From: Macrostomum hystrix
Taxonomy: Eukaryota > Animalia > Platyhelminthes
DNA length: 64,000 nucleotides
Assembly: GCA_950097015.1 (NCBI GenBank)
Contig: CATNEN010000003.1
Coordinates: 1,984,001-2,048,000, forward strand
Reading direction: 5' to 3'
The notes under the pieces were generated by a model, which saw only the letters and a program-made list of their open reading frames with translations, was not told the DNA's origin and made no database searches. This document shows positions 11,821 through 24,952 of this stretch, in pieces. Each line of letters starts with the position of its first letter. The first letter of the stretch is position 1. The position numbers and the translations under genes were made by a program.

Positions 11821-12752
11821 GTTTAAGGACAGATAGTTTAAGGACAGATACTGTAAGGACAGATACTGTAAGAACAGATACTGTAAGGACAGATACTGTA
11901 AGGACAGATACTGTAAGGACAGATACTGTAAGGACAGATACTGTAAGGACAGATAGTTTAAGGACAGATACTGTAAGAACAGATACTGTAAGGACAGATA
12001 CTGTAAGGACAGATACTGTAAGGACAGATACTGTAAGGACAGATACTGTAAGGACAGATAGTTTAAGGACAGATACTGTAAGAACAGATACTGTAAGGAC
12101 AGATACTGTAAGGACAGATACTGTAAGGACAGATACTGTAAGGACAGATACTGTAAGGACAGATACTGTAAGGACAGATACTGTAAGGACAGATATTTCA
12201 GGACAGATAAAAATACAGATAGTTTAAGGACAGATACTGTAAGGACAGATACTGTAAGGACAGATAGTTTAAGGACAGATAGTTTAAGGACAGATACTGT
12301 AAGGACAGATACTGTAAGGACAGATAGTTTAAGGACAGATAGTTTAAGGACAGATAGTTTAAGGACAGATACTGTAAAGACAGATACTGTAAGGACAGAT
12401 ACTGTAAGGACAGATAGTTTAAGGACAGATACTGTAAGGACAGATACTGTAAGGACAGATACGGTTAGGACAGATACTGTAAGGACAGATATTTCAGGAC
12501 AGATAAAAAGACAGATAGTTTAAGGAAAGATACTGTAAGGACAGATACTGTAAGGACAGATACTGTAAGGACAGATAGTTTAAGGACAGATACTGTAAGG
12601 ACAGATACTGTAAGGACAGATAGTTTAAGGACAGATAGTTTAAGGACAGATACTGTAAGGACAGATAGTTTAAGGACAGATACTGTAAGGACAGATAGTT
12701 TAAGGACAGATACTGTAAGGACAGATAGTTTAAGGACAGATACTGTAAGGAC
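11821..12752. repeat. 15-bp minisatellite (AGGACAGATACTGTA / AGGACAGATAGTTTA)
   Basis: Direct reading. Confidence 0.95.
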
Positions 12753-13176
12753 ACAACCCAATAAAACATAGTTCGAATTAATTTTTTGCTAGCTGAGCAG
12801 ACAAAAATAAATAAGTTTTTATCTTTTTAACACAAATAGTTAATGTGGTAATGGAAACAGTATTGCAGCGTGTAAGACTATGCTGCACAATGGACTTATT
12901 TGTATTTGTTTTAACACATTGATCGACAGTAAATTATTAAATGTGCAACAGAAGTTAGACTTAACTAAACCGTATTTTACAATTAGAAGGTATCCCATGG
13001 AACTATTATAACTCAAGTTGAGGGAAAGTGATAAAAATTATATTTGATGTTTAATATATAAACCAACTTGTTCAGCCAAATATGTAATTATGAGAACATG
13101 GCATGAGTGAGTATAACAAAACATTTACATTGCCAAGTTTTAATGATAAAAACACTTCGAGCAACTTATATGCTAG

Positions 13177-14489
13177 CTAGCATAGATTAGCAATCCATTT
13201 TAACAATGACCATGATACCATAGATTAGCAATCCATTTTAACAATGACCATGATAGCATAGATTAGCAATCCATTTTAACAATGGCAATGATAGCATAGA
13301 TTAGCAATCCACTTTAACAACGGCCATGATAGCATAGATTAGCAATCCATTTTAACAATGACCATGATAGCATAGATTAGCAATCCATTTTAACAATGAC
13401 CATGATAGCATAGATTAGCAATCCATTTTAACAATGACCATGATACCATAGATTAGCAATCCATTTTAACAATGACCATGATACCATAGATTAGCAATCC
13501 ATTTTAACAATGGCAATGATAGCATAGATTAGCAATCCACTTTAACAACGGCCATGATAGCATAGATTAGCAATCCATTTTAACAATGACCATGATAGCA
13601 TAGATTAGCAATCCATTTTAACAATGACCATGATAGCATAGATTAGCAATCCATTTTAACAATGACCATGATACCATAGATTAGCAATCCACTTTAACAA
13701 TGACCATGATACCATAGATTAGCAATCCATTTTAACAATGACCATGATAGCATAGATTAGCAATACATTTTAACAACGGCCATGATACCATAGATTAGCA
13801 ATCCATTTTAACAATGGCAATGATAGCATAGATTAGCAATCCACTTTAACAATGACCATGATAGCATAGATTAGCAATCCATTTTAACAATGACCATGAT
13901 ATAATAGATTAGCAATCCACTTTAACAACGGCCATGATATAATAGATTAGCAATCCACTTAAACAATGACCATGATAGAATAGATTAGCAATCCACTTTA
14001 ACAACGGCCATAATAGCATAGATTAGCAATCCACTTTTACAACGACCATGATAGCATAGATTAGCTATCCACTTTAACAATGACCATGATAGCATAGATT
14101 AGCAATCCATTTTAACAATGACCATGATAGCATAGATTAGCAATCCATTTTAGCAATGACCATGATAAAACTGATTAGCAATCCACTTTAACAACGGCAA
14201 TGATAGAATAGATTAGAAATCCACTTTAACAACGGCCATGATAGCATAGATTAGCAATCCACTTTAACAACGGCAATGATAGAATAGATTAGAAATCCAC
14301 TTTAACAACGGCCATGATAGCATAGATTAGCAATCCATTTTAGCAATGACCATGATAAAACTGATTAGCAATCCACTTTAACAACGGCAATGATAGAATA
14401 GATTAGCAATCCACTTTAACAACGGCCATGATAGCATAGATTAGCAATCCACTTTAACAACGGCCATGATAGCATAGATTAGCAATCCA
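13177..14489. repeat. 38-bp minisatellite (CATAGATTAGCAATCCATTTTAACAATGACCATGATAG)
   Basis: Direct reading. Confidence 0.95.
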
Positions 14490-14549
14490 ACTTCAGTTCG
14501 AATCCAGCAATCGCATTCAATCAACAATGTTCCATGTAATTATCGTTCT

Positions 14550-16019
14550 TTACTTCTTTCTACCGCCGCGCTCCTTCAGCTGCAGCGAAACAGGTGTCCT
14601 GGAGGTGACATTGTAATAAGCCAAAGAGTTCGAGTCCTTCATGAACAGGCCATCGATGCTTAGCTTCTGCTTGGCAACCGGCAGTTTGCTAGCGTCGGCG
14701 ATGGCGGCCTTCAAACTGGCCACCGAAGCTGTCAGCGGCAGGCTGAGAGTGAGAGTCTGGCCGTTGAGGCTCAGCTCCGGCCTGTCCGGATGGCTGGGCA
14801 TGGCGACTCGCACGGAGGCGGCGCCCTGAGGCTGGGTGCGCAAGAAGTCGTCCTCGGACATCAGGTCGGCTTCAGTGCGGGCGCGCTTAGCCGGCGGTTC
14901 GTCGGACGCTGACAACAACGACGACGAAGACAGCGCAGTGGACGGCGCGACGCCGAACGGTGACGGAGCGATGGCGGCTGCGCCGATGGCCTGACCGGCG
15001 TGCATCAGCAAGCCGGTGGCCGGCGGCGGCGGCGGAGGCTGCAGATTTGGAAACTGACCGACTGGATGATGATGCATCATCAGCGGCCTGCCGATAGCCG
15101 GTGGAGGAGCTGGCGGGTGGAAATGATGCATCATCGGCTGGGCCATGGACGGCGGAGGAGGCGGCGGTGGCATAGCGATAGGACGCGGAGGAGGCGGCGG
15201 CTGAAACGGCGCCGGAGCCGAAGACACAGCGGCTCCGATGGCTTTGCCAATCGGCGCCGACATTGTGGAAGAAGGCGGTGGGGGAGGCGGCTGTGAAGAC
15301 GCAGAAGCAGCAGTAGAAGTAGAAGAAGACGCAGCGGTCGACGATGCAGCAGCAGTGGCAGGCATCGAATCAGCAGCTGGCTGATCTTCAACAGGCTGCA
15401 GCTTGCGCCCAATAAAAGTCTCTTCTTGACCGACGCCGAAGATGTCAGTTCGGCGTTCGGCCATCTGTTTGAGGGTTTCCTCCACCACAATGCCAACGCC
15501 GGGAGTGTATGCATCGTCGGCTTTGGCCCGTTCGGCAGCTTCTCGATCGCGCTGCTGCAGCCACTGTTGATTCAGCAAGCTAATGTGAACGTGTTTTCCA
15601 ACTTCCGAGTCGGGAATTCTCTCGCCGGTGATTGGCGACACCAGGTACTGGGCGGCAGCGGCCTCCTTTGATCCACCTGCGGCCGACATTGATTTCGGAT
15701 CGTAATTGCGCCTCACCGGAGCTTGCCCTGGCCTCGGCTGGCTGGACACTGCGGGAGGCGGCGGTGGCGGCGGCGGCGGAGGCGGCGGCATCGCTCCGTT
15801 GTCCTTAGCATCGGCTGCCGATGTGTTGTCCTTGCCGGCTGGCTCAGCAGCGGGTTCTTCGTCGGAGTCGCGGTCTAGATCGACATCGTGCTGATCTTCA
15901 GCGGTGGGCTGCTTCTGCTGCTGCGGCACCGTGATATCGACTCCGCGCTTCTCCAGTAGCATTCGCTTGCCAACCTCTTCGGGTGTGGTCGGAGGCGGAA
16001 AGTTGCCCGTCTCGTGCGG
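14550..16019 (-). CDS. SF3A1: SF3A1 exon 2 (proline-rich region and C-terminal ubiquitin-like domain); protein 786 aa in total
   Basis: cttcag|CCG gives PHETGNFPPPTTPEE; LVSPITGERIP, LKQMAERRTDIFG, KDSNSLAYYN and LKERGGRKK-stop. Confidence 0.95.
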   Translation of the reverse strand, partial: PHETGNFPPPTTPEEVGKRMLLEKRGVDITVPQQQKQPTAEDQHDVDLDRDSDEEPAAEPAGKDNTSAADAKDNGAMPPPPPPPPPPPPAVSSQPRPGQAPVRRNYDPKSMSAAGGSKEAAAAQYLVSPITGERIPDSEVGKHVHISLLNQQWLQQRDREAAERAKADDAYTPGVGIVVEETLKQMAERRTDIFGVGQEETFIGRKLQPVEDQPAADSMPATAAASSTAASSSTSTAASASSQPPPPPPSSTMSAPIGKAIGAAVSSAPAPFQPPPPPRPIAMPPPPPPPSMAQPMMHHFHPPAPPPAIGRPLMMHHHPVGQFPNLQPPPPPPATGLLMHAGQAIGAAAIAPSPFGVAPSTALSSSSLLSASDEPPAKRARTEADLMSEDDFLRTQPQGAASVRVAMPSHPDRPELSLNGQTLTLSLPLTASVASLKAAIADASKLPVAKQKLSIDGLFMKDSNSLAYYNVTSRTPVSLQLKERGGRKK

Positions 16020-16087
16020 CTGAAGAAGCGGAGGTTGCAGAGGGGGGCATGTTTATATTTACATACCAGTCTGCCTTTCTAAACTGG

Positions 16088-16213
16088 CAGTCTACTCCCA
16101 TAACTACCAGTCTACTCCCATAACTACCAGTCTACTCCCATAACTACCAGTCTACTTCCATAACTACCAGTCTACTCCCATAACTACCAGTCTACTTCCA
16201 TAACTACCAGTCT
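16088..16213. repeat. 20-bp minisatellite (TAACTACCAGTCTACTCCCA)
   Basis: Direct reading; SF3A1 intron. Confidence 0.9.
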
Positions 16214-16364
16214 TCTCCCTTCGAATCTACGAATCTACCTGCTAAACTACCAAATCTACCTGTTAAACTATCAATCTAATCGTCAAGATATAAAAAACTC
16301 GCTGACAGTAATTAATTAGCTTCTAAAATCTACTAACACAGCCACTAGTCTATCGATGTTCTTA

Positions 16365-16782
16365 CCCTGTAAAAAATTCGGCTGCTTCTTCGGCGGGTTT
16401 TTTGTGCAAAATAGGAGTGGAATCTACCAAAACCCCCCTATCTCGCAAGAGTTAAAGAAACCACCCAGGAAGCAACCGATGTAACCGTAAATTCTGCGGA
16501 AACCGCCGAAGAATCACCGAATCAGTGGCCTATGGGACAACCAGAGAATTATTTACGGGCGATTCCTCGGCGTTTTCTGAGCATGGAATCTTCTGAACTG
16601 GAGGATTCTTTGGGTGATTCCATTTCGCCACCAAGAAGCACCGAGAAAACGCCCAGTTGGGTAGATTCTAAGCATGGAATCATCCGATTGGTATGTTTCC
16701 AGCGTTCGGCTGTTTCTTTTTCTGGAAACACCGCAGATTCCAACTGGAATCACCCAAAGAAACATCCCTATTTTCTAGCGGG
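16365..16782. mobile_element. Possible MITE (TA|CCC...GGG|TA) in the SF3A1 intron
   Basis: Imperfect 16-bp inverted ends TTACCCTGTAAAAAAT / ATTTTCTAGCGGGTAA. Confidence 0.4.
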
Positions 16783-16798
16783 TAATCAAATAACATAC

Positions 16799-17689
16799 CT
16801 GAAAATCTACCGACTCAACGATGACAAAATCGTGCCAATCAATCTGAGCGTAGGCCATTCGTTCCCTTTCAGCAGCCTCTTGTTCCAGCCGTTTCTCCCT
16901 ATCCTGCCATCTCTCCCAATCAAGACGGTATTTGGCCTGTTTCAAGACCTCCTCGGAGCTGACGGCATCTTTGGCCAATTTGGCCAACAAATCCTTAGGC
17001 GGTATGAGCACTTTAGTGTACTGCTCAACCAGCTTAGTGAAATAGGAGAACAGAGAATGCTGGGGTCGGAGGAAATCGAACTGAGGATTTCTCTGTTCCC
17101 TAACCATCAGCTGGGTGATAAACTGCCGACCATTCCTAGCAACAAATTGAGCAGTCAGCCGCACAATGTCCAATTCCATAGCGTTGATGCTGGTTGGCTC
17201 AGCTGAAAATTCGAACTCTGGCGGAGCCTCCTTCGGTTGAAACGATTCGGTCAGCTTCTTCTGGACGTCGCCATCAGCGGCTGGCGCTCTGGCCGCACTG
17301 GGCGTCGAGACCTTTAATGCGTCGGTTTCGTGAGCGCGACCTTCGGCAAAGTCGGTAACCTTCTGTCTATAATAGGCGTGATATGGATCGGCGGGGTTCA
17401 AAAAGTTGAACTTGGAATTGTTGATCTCGTTCTGACGAATCCGGGCCTCGAACTCCGGACCGTTCCTAGCAACAAACGAAGCAGTTTTGTCGACGATATT
17501 TCTAACCTCCGGCGGCGGATAGATGATGCCAACAACGGGCTTCTGAGCAGCCTCCTCCTCTGCGGCTTCTGAATCTGCGGTTTTATCAACAGCTTCAAAG
17601 TCGATGGTCTCCGCAGAGTCGGCAGCGGCAGTTGCCGAGCCGTTCCCTGCTGTCTGTTGTTGTTGTTGAAGCACAGCTGCGCTAGCCAT
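16799..17689 (-). CDS. SF3A1: Splicing factor 3A subunit 1, exon 1 (two SURP domains)
   Basis: ATG at 17689; IVDKTASFVARNGPEFEARI, LDIVRLTAQFVARNG and AYAQIDWHDFVIVE; donor CAG|gtatgt, phase 0. Confidence 0.95.
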
Positions 17690-17954
17690 GTCTGTTCTCT
17701 CCCAGCTGCGGGTTGGTTTTTTAAATTGGCACGAAGTGAATAGCAATACATATTTTTCCTACAGCACCGACACAATTAGAGAAACCGGTTGAGAATAATC
17801 ATCATGAGGTATGAAGGATAGAAACTAATTAGAGGGAAAGGTGAGGAGACAAGGTAAAATTGGTGAGAAAGGGAAGAATATGTATTAGGGAAGATAATGG
17901 GATTCGAAGGTATAAGCGGAATTAGAAGAGATTAGAGATGATATGAAGGGATCG

Positions 17955-18310
17955 GAAGGGATTAGAGAGAATAAAAGGGGATTAGAAGGGATTAGTGAGA
18001 ATACAGGGGGATTAAAAGGGATTAGAGAGAATACAAGGGGATTAGAAGGGATTAGAAAGAATACAAGGGGATTAGAAGGGATTGTAGAGGATATACAAGG
18101 GGATTAGAAGGGATTGTAGAGGATATAAGAGGATTAGAAGGGATTGTAGAGGATATAATAGGATTAGAAGGGATTGTAGAGGATATAAGAGGATTAGAAG
18201 GGATTGTAGAGGATATAAGAGGATTAGAAGGGATTGTAGAGGATATACGAGGGGATTAGAAGGGATTGTAGAGGATATACGAGGGGATTAGATGGGATTA
18301 GAGGGATAAG
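17955..18310. repeat. ~30-bp minisatellite (GGATTAGAAGGGATTGTAGAGGATATAAGA)
   Basis: Direct reading. Confidence 0.88.
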
Positions 18311-18404
18311 AGAGGAATTAGAGCGCGAATCTCATTTGTTGATGAGAGATAAGGGGAAAAGATAGGAGAATATGAGTTTAGATACTTTAGATAGAGGATA
18401 TAAT

Positions 18405-18717
18405 TAATAATAATTTTTTTTATTATTGATTACACCTGCCCCAATTGGGCCAGATGTGCAGCCGACAGCACAGCCGCAGCTAATGCGCGGCGCATCTGAA
18501 GGCTGCGTACAGCTGTTCAGTCCATGGACTGGGCGGACGCCACAACCACCTTCAATTATCCCAGCTGATGCTGGTAACCCATTTAACAGCTGGGTGAACT
18601 GAAGCAATGCAGAGTTAAGTGTCTTGCTAAATGACACAAATTGTTCCAGTGGAGTCGGGCATCGAACCCCCGACCTTCAAGTCGTGAGTCCGACGCTCTA
18701 ACCTCTAGGCTACAACC
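18405..18717 (-). mobile_element. tRNA-derived SINE family A, full length
   Basis: A box TAGCCTAGAGG, B box GGTTCGATGCC, central GCAAGACACTTAACTC...CACCCAGCTGTTAAATGGGT, A/TAA-rich tail; paralogous copies in the window. Confidence 0.85.
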
Positions 18718-19658
18718 TCTTGATCTCTATTGAGGATTAGAAGGCATAAGAAGGTATAGGATAGGGGAAGGGATAGGGGATCATAAAGAGACAGGTGAAG
18801 CGAGATAGGACGGGATATGATGGGATAATGGGACTTAATAAGAGGGAAAATAATTAAGGAAGAAGCAAAAGGAAGAGAATAAGAATAAGCGCATTAGAAA
18901 ACACGGTATACTGCAAGGAAGAAAACTAAAGAAGAGATAAAAAACAGCAGGTGAAAGTGAAGTTGACAAAGTGACAGACAGGCGCCTAAAATTCTAGGCA
19001 ATGAAATGCACCAACAAATCGGTTAGATCGCACAGAGAAGAAATTGACTCTATTGGCTCTGAGAATTGTCTCGATTTCGGCTTCTCAAAAAATTATAATT
19101 GAACTCCTTCGTAAAAGGAACAATACAAAATAGGAAAAGCGTGTTTCTTATGAACTGCAGAGTTGGTTATATTTATTTCTTGTGTTTCATATATACATGT
19201 ATTACATCTAGAATTATAACTTACCTAACACGATTTCGAGTATTTTTGGCAAAAGAAATTAAATATTTTAACTTAGCTAAACAAGTCACGAAAGATTCTA
19301 ATAATTTCATACCGTAAAAAAATCAGTTTTAAGAAAATAAATGAAAAATACACACAGCAGAAAGCTAATAACATTTAAATGTTTTTGTCAACAAACGAAC
19401 TTTAATTTTAACTTTTTAGTCAACAATAAGAGAAAAAATGTTTCTTGAGTAAACGAAGTGTTTTAAGTAAGTGCTTTTACGCTATATTGGGCAAAAATCT
19501 TTAAGGTATGAGGTTAGAATATGAGCGCTTCTGTACAGTATGTAGGTTAATAAAGGCTGTTGGCGAATATGCACTTGACTTAGCGGCAGGGGGCCTCCAT
19601 GACGGACGCAGCGAGGAGGCGGCTGTTGCCGCCCATATCGCTAACCCCTAAATATGCT

Positions 19659-19938
19659 AATATGCACACTAGGCCAGAGGGGTAAGGAATGAGGGTGGGG
19701 TTGTTGGCGAATATGCACACTAGGCCAGAGGGGTAAGGAATGAGGGTGGGGTTGTTGGCGAATATGCACACTAGGTCAGAGGGGTAAGGAATGAGGGTGG
19801 GGTTGTTGGCGCACATGCACACTAGGTCAGAGGGGTAAGGAATGAGGGTGGGGTTGTTGGCGCACATGCACACTAGGTCAGAGGGGTAAGGAATGAGGGT
19901 GGGGTTGCTGGCGAATATGCACACTAGGCCAGAGGGGT
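19659..19938. repeat. 51-bp tandem repeat, about 5.5 copies
   Basis: AATATGCACACTAGGCCAGAGGGGTAAGGAATGAGGGTGGGGTTGTTGGCG. Confidence 0.92.
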
Positions 19939-19994
19939 GTGGGAAACTGGGAAAGGTAACATAATCAGCAATTAATTAGCACACTACTATACAT

Positions 19995-20405
19995 TTATTG
20001 ATAATAATAATCAAAGCAGCATTGCCGACATGAGAGACAGCGGCCGATGCGTCTAATTAGGCGACAGAATGCGATGCGAAACTGTTTATTAGCGTAGGCG
20101 TAGATAAGAGAATTAGTAGAAAAGTGAGTGAAGTACAGTAGCTGGGCAATCGATCTGGCCAAATTGAATGCTTCAACGTATTGACGATCGTGAGGAAATT
20201 TAATTAGAACAGATAATAGGCAGATGTAGTGCGGCAGGCTCAATGCCAGGTAGGCGATGCAGAATATCATCAGCATGCGAGTGATCTGGTACTGCTGACG
20301 CAACAGTTCGTTGAGACTGGCACCCGATGCAGCAGTGTCCGCCGCCGTTGATAAATTGTTGTTGTCTATTGCACAGTTCATCACAATAGGCTCGTTTGGC
20401 TGATG
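19995..20405 (-). CDS. Class A GPCR exon 2 (TM6-TM7, helix 8)
   Basis: [18 protein letters not shown] (TM6) and [16 protein letters not shown] (NPxxY-like plus FR); phase-0 acceptor at 20405 or 20408. Confidence 0.82.
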   Translation of the reverse strand, partial: HQPNEPIVMNCAIDNNNLSTAADTAASGASLNELLRQQYQITRMLMIFCIAYLALSLPHYICLLSVLIKFPHDRQYVEAFNLARSIAQLLYFTHFSTNSLIYAYANKQFRIAFCRLIRRIGRCLSCRQCCFDYYYQ

Positions 20406-20505
20406 CTGCTTTGGACACAAAACAATGGGAATAGAGGGGTGGGGTGGAACACGCCGTTAAATTACAGTCACGTTTCTTAGAAACCATTAGATTGGCAATA
20501 CAACT

Positions 20506-20791
20506 AATTACACCATCCCCAATTGGGACAGAAGTGCGGCCGACAGCACAGCCGCAGCTATTGCAAGGCGCATTTTAAGGCTGCGTACGGCTGTTCAGTC
20601 CATGGACTGGGGAGACACCACACTCAACCACAATTCCCCCAGCTGATGCTGGTACCCATTTGAATTGAGTGAACTGATGCAATTCAGAGTTAAGTGTCTT
20701 GCTAAAGGAAACTAATTGTTACAGAGGAGTCGGGAATCGAACCCCCGACCTTTATGTCGTAAGTCCGACGCTCTAAACATTAGACTACAAG
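20506..20791 (-). mobile_element. SINE family A copy in the GPCR intron
   Basis: Colinear, diverged match to 18405-18717; B box GGTTCGATTCC. Confidence 0.85.
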
Positions 20792-22766
20792 CAGGTCTCA
20801 CCTCGACTGTACAGTACCGCAAAGAAAAGCGTTAATAAACTCACGGCTTGAATCTATTTTCTTCCTAATCTTTATCTTTTTCCTAAAATCATCTCATATT
20901 TTGTCTTACGTAAGTCATGACAACCCATTATCACTTGCCTAAAATATTACAACCTTACAATCTCTTTTTTTACTGTTAATCTTACTCTCTTTTCCTATCA
21001 AAGACTTTAATCCCTTTGTAAAACTTGTTGGCCTTAAAAATAGGTAAAAGAAAGATGTTATAAGTCTTGCAAGTGAAAGATCTATAAATATGAATCCAGC
21101 TTATAAGAGATTTAAAAAAAATTTTTGCTTCATTTCATTTTTCTTTTTATCAACATTTTCGAGTATCTACTCAAAAAAACATATAGTTAATGAATTATTT
21201 TAAGTGTCAGTTTTTAATAGGAGTAAAATGTACTTATTCGACAAACTAAACTGCTAGAATAAAGACAGATGCGTGTTAATCTACCATTTAGCGCAATTAA
21301 ACAAACAAACACGTTGGATTATAGAGTCGAACGACAAAGGTAAACAGAGAAATAGTCTAGCAGTCTAGCAACCCTTCCTCACTATTATTATACCTATAGG
21401 ATAATAACTAATATCGTCTGGCGAAAAGTGACACATTCTAAGACGAAGGAACTTCATTATTTCCGGCAACTCATTCTCACATTTAGCCACATTAGTACTA
21501 TATACAGATGAATGGAATGAAGGATGGCCAAAGCGCCACAGAAGAATGAGGAAAATTTAATCCGCCTTATATTTACCAATTAATTCTGGCTTTAATACAT
21601 ACGCACACAATCACTCTTTAATCAAGACCAACTACTAGAGCCTGTCTGCTCCTGTGTGCCAAGTAGAGTGTATGCATATACGCCGTCAGTTTAATGTCAT
21701 GGCTTTTTTAGACAATAAATTAATTTTTTGTCTTTGTATAGCAAGTTTCTTTGCTTCTTCAAAGAAAACTTTGACTGATGGCAAAGAAATTCTTAGGTGC
21801 TTTAATACTGTTGACTGACCTGTCAGAATAAATTAACACGCTACTGAGGGATGAACTGGCGTAAGATCACGGCAAAAGCTTGCAAACTGGTATTCGAAAC
21901 AAAACAGGAAGAAGCACAGAATAATAAAATGATGTTTGTCTATGCCAATCTATGCGTGCCTTGGTCGAATTCTATATTTAAAAGCTACGTGCTTATTTAA
22001 CTATTTAGATTATGTTGAATTCATATCATAAAAGACACTGACGATTAAATCAGAGAAAAATCTGAGAATTCACTAAGACAACTAGGATCGATAAAAGGCC
22101 GTCGATGTCAATTAGACGCAACACGGAAAGTGTAATTTAGCGAACCGCACCAGGAAAATGAGATTTTTTTCTCAACGGCCTCCCTCAACCGTCTGCAACG
22201 CTAAATAGTATGGGTTGAGCACAGAACCGACTACACAATAGTACCAGTCTGATTAGAGTTGTACGATGAATAAAGTCATTTTTCTCGCCGCTCTGTAGAG
22301 ACACTTTAATAGTGCAAAACTATATAATGGATTTAGCACGTAGACTGATCAAGTGAGCTGATAGAATATCTTTTTAATAGCGTCCTTTTGAAGGCCATTT
22401 TAAGCCATGCAGCCCAGAGAACCACAGGAGAGATGAGTCGCACATTTTTTTCTGCTTCAAGTACTGGTAAATTGAGAATCTAGACTAGAATCGAGAGCTG
22501 GTAGGGCAATTTCTTATGCAAGCCAATTTAAGAAATCAATTCCCGAGACGCCTGAGGAACACCAATCGTTTTAAGCACACTCAGTCTTTAATCTAGTCCT
22601 GAAACTTTCGCCAGATTCTATATTTAAGTAGGATTTAGGATGGCAGCCCCTCGATCTATGCATGTCACGTGACAGTTTCAAACGTTGCGAGATTAAAATA
22701 TGCTTATATTTTTCTTTCAGGGCGCTTATTTTCAAAAAACAAGAATACATCTTTCAGTCACTGTAC

Positions 22767-23633
22767 CTCGACATTTCCGTTTTCTGTTGTTGATGGCGTT
22801 TGATGACCCAGCGACCCTAGGCACGGCCGATTTGCAGACGAAGGATACGAAGTTGAACTAACAGAAGCTGAAATCAACTGTAGCGGCTGTTCTGGAGGCG
22901 ACATTTGCATAGCATCGATTTCTTCAATTGGATTCTCTACAACGGCATTGCTATACAAAACTCGCTGATAAAACGATCGCACAGCCCAACATATGTAAGC
23001 GTTCATTAGGCTCAGTAACAGGCCGGGCAGTAAGGCGCTAATCACACTATCAGCCACTGTCCAAGCGATTCTCTGAGCTTGAATTCTACAATAGAGTCTA
23101 TTGGCAAGCATTGGCTCCGGTTGATAATCGATTAGTACAAACACGTGGCAGCTCCATAATAAGCCAAGCAGTAAGACGGCTAAGATAAGATGGCGAGCTT
23201 TTTGATCAGCGATGCTTCGATTGTAGCAGTGCGGCAGTCTGATGCACAGGAATCTATCCAGACTGATGCCAACTAGTAACCAAGGACTCAGGAAAGTCAA
23301 CAGACTATAGGAGAATGTGATCAGGTAGCAACTGAGCAGGTGACTATCGTGCAGTTGAGTTAAACCGGTGAGCAAGTAGCTAAACAATAATAGCAGATCT
23401 ACCGCTGATAAAAGGCGCAATACGCGAGACAAATAGTGTTTCCTGACCGGACTGTGACAGAAGACGCAGAAGTTCACAAAGTTGATGACAACTCCGAAGC
23501 CGGCGATAACACTGCTAGCTTTTAAAATGCCACTGTAGGCTAGTATTAGCAGATGCTGTTGCCAATGCTGCGAAACATTAGCTCCATCCAGAGGATTATC
23601 GGTGCCATTGTCAATTGCGACACTGTAGTTCAT
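22767..23633 (-). CDS. Class A (rhodopsin-like) GPCR, probably a neuropeptide receptor; exon 1 (TM1-TM5)
   Basis: N-glycosylated N-terminus, GxxxN in TM1, LSAVD in TM2, ISLDRF (DRY-like) and five hydrophobic spans; probable donor GAG|gtacag, phase 0. Confidence 0.85.
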
Positions 23634-24171
23634 GTTTGATGAACTTGCTGAGTTTTACTAGAACAAGACTATTGGGCAGTGAGGCGGCAAATGTCTCAGC
23701 AATGCTACACTGCGTCACGCATTTTAGGCGCAGGGTATATAGAAGATAGCGACTTGTTTTTGGATTGGTCGCTGCAATTCTGACCAACGACAGACTTAGC
23801 AGCTCCTAGCGGCTGGGAGCAGGAACTTACCCCCCCACTTTGCGTCCTATCCCCTCAAAGTTGTAGCTCAGATATTTATTGGCCAGTGAGAAAATCAAGG
23901 AAAGAGTTGAATGCGCTGATAATAAAAGTGCCACTTGCATGATGATTACTTTCCTAGCAATCCCAAAATTGGATAATACAAGATGATGGGATACAGGATA
24001 AATAACAACGACAAACATTTTTACTTAACATGTTTCTACAGTAGATAAGAGAAATATGAATTTAAGTTTTTATTTATTGCTTGTAATCTCTTTGTTAAAA
24101 GAAGTCAAGAGAGCGAAAAGAAATATATTAGCAACATTCTACGTGTTACCCGGCTTTTCGATTTCTTTAAG

Positions 24172-24412
24172 ATCCCAATTTCTTCGAAATCCCAATTTCT
24201 TCGAAATCCCAATTTCTTCGAAATCCCAATTTCTTCGAAATCCCAATTTCTTCGAAATCCCAATTTCTTCGAAATTCCTATTTCTTCGAAATCCCAATTT
24301 CTTCGAAATCCCAATTTTTTCGAAATCCCAATTTCTTCGAAATCCCAATTTCTTCGAAATCCTAATTTCTTCGAAATCCCAATTTCTTCGAAATCCCAAT
24401 TTCTTTGAAACC
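24172..24412. repeat. 17-bp minisatellite (AAATCCCAATTTCTTCG)
   Basis: Direct reading. Confidence 0.93.
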
Positions 24413-24952
24413 CCCAAAAAATTCCAACATTTTTTGGCTTAGTAAAGCATAACTGTCATACATAATGCAAAAAAAGATTTAAAAAATGACAAGGTTCCGC
24501 TACTATTTTAACAAACTAACCAACACGACACGACTAACAATGACTACTCTGTGCTCTCTCCAGTTGTCGACTAGTTGTCCAAAACAGCTGGGGTATGTGG
24601 TCGACGATGGCGTTGGTTGTATGCCGCGAAGGCCTTTTATCGGAAGTTTGCAGTCCCTGATGCCTTTTCAACACTTATAATTAAATATAAAAAAACTCAG
24701 CTCAGCCATAATGCTCAGCCATGCTGCAAGCCCGCACTACACGGCTAGGCCCACTACTTCAAGTACGAGTGTCCCCAATCTTAACAGATTGAAAAATCAT
24801 CTGTTTATTTTCTAGTGTAGCTAAACTGATGAAAATTTACAGCAGAAACAGCATTAAATACTCTGCGATGGTTGATGAAGAGAACATTTTTTAGGTAAAG
24901 TGCTCCCTAAGTTATGCCAAATCCTAAATGCTGTTTCGTGCGAAATTACATT

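Noticed and set aside
16532-17206. 224-aa plus-strand ORF
   Set aside because: Antisense shadow of SF3A1 exon 1 and intron, with no recognisable motif.
18645-18717. tRNA gene calls here and at about 20720-20790 and 33202-33270
   Set aside because: Acceptor and anticodon stems pair poorly, and each continues into a shared SINE body.
19575-19650. Minus-strand GCCTCCTCGCTG HDV-ribozyme-like motif
   Set aside because: No P2 partner and a mismatched P3; cannot form the double pseudoknot.
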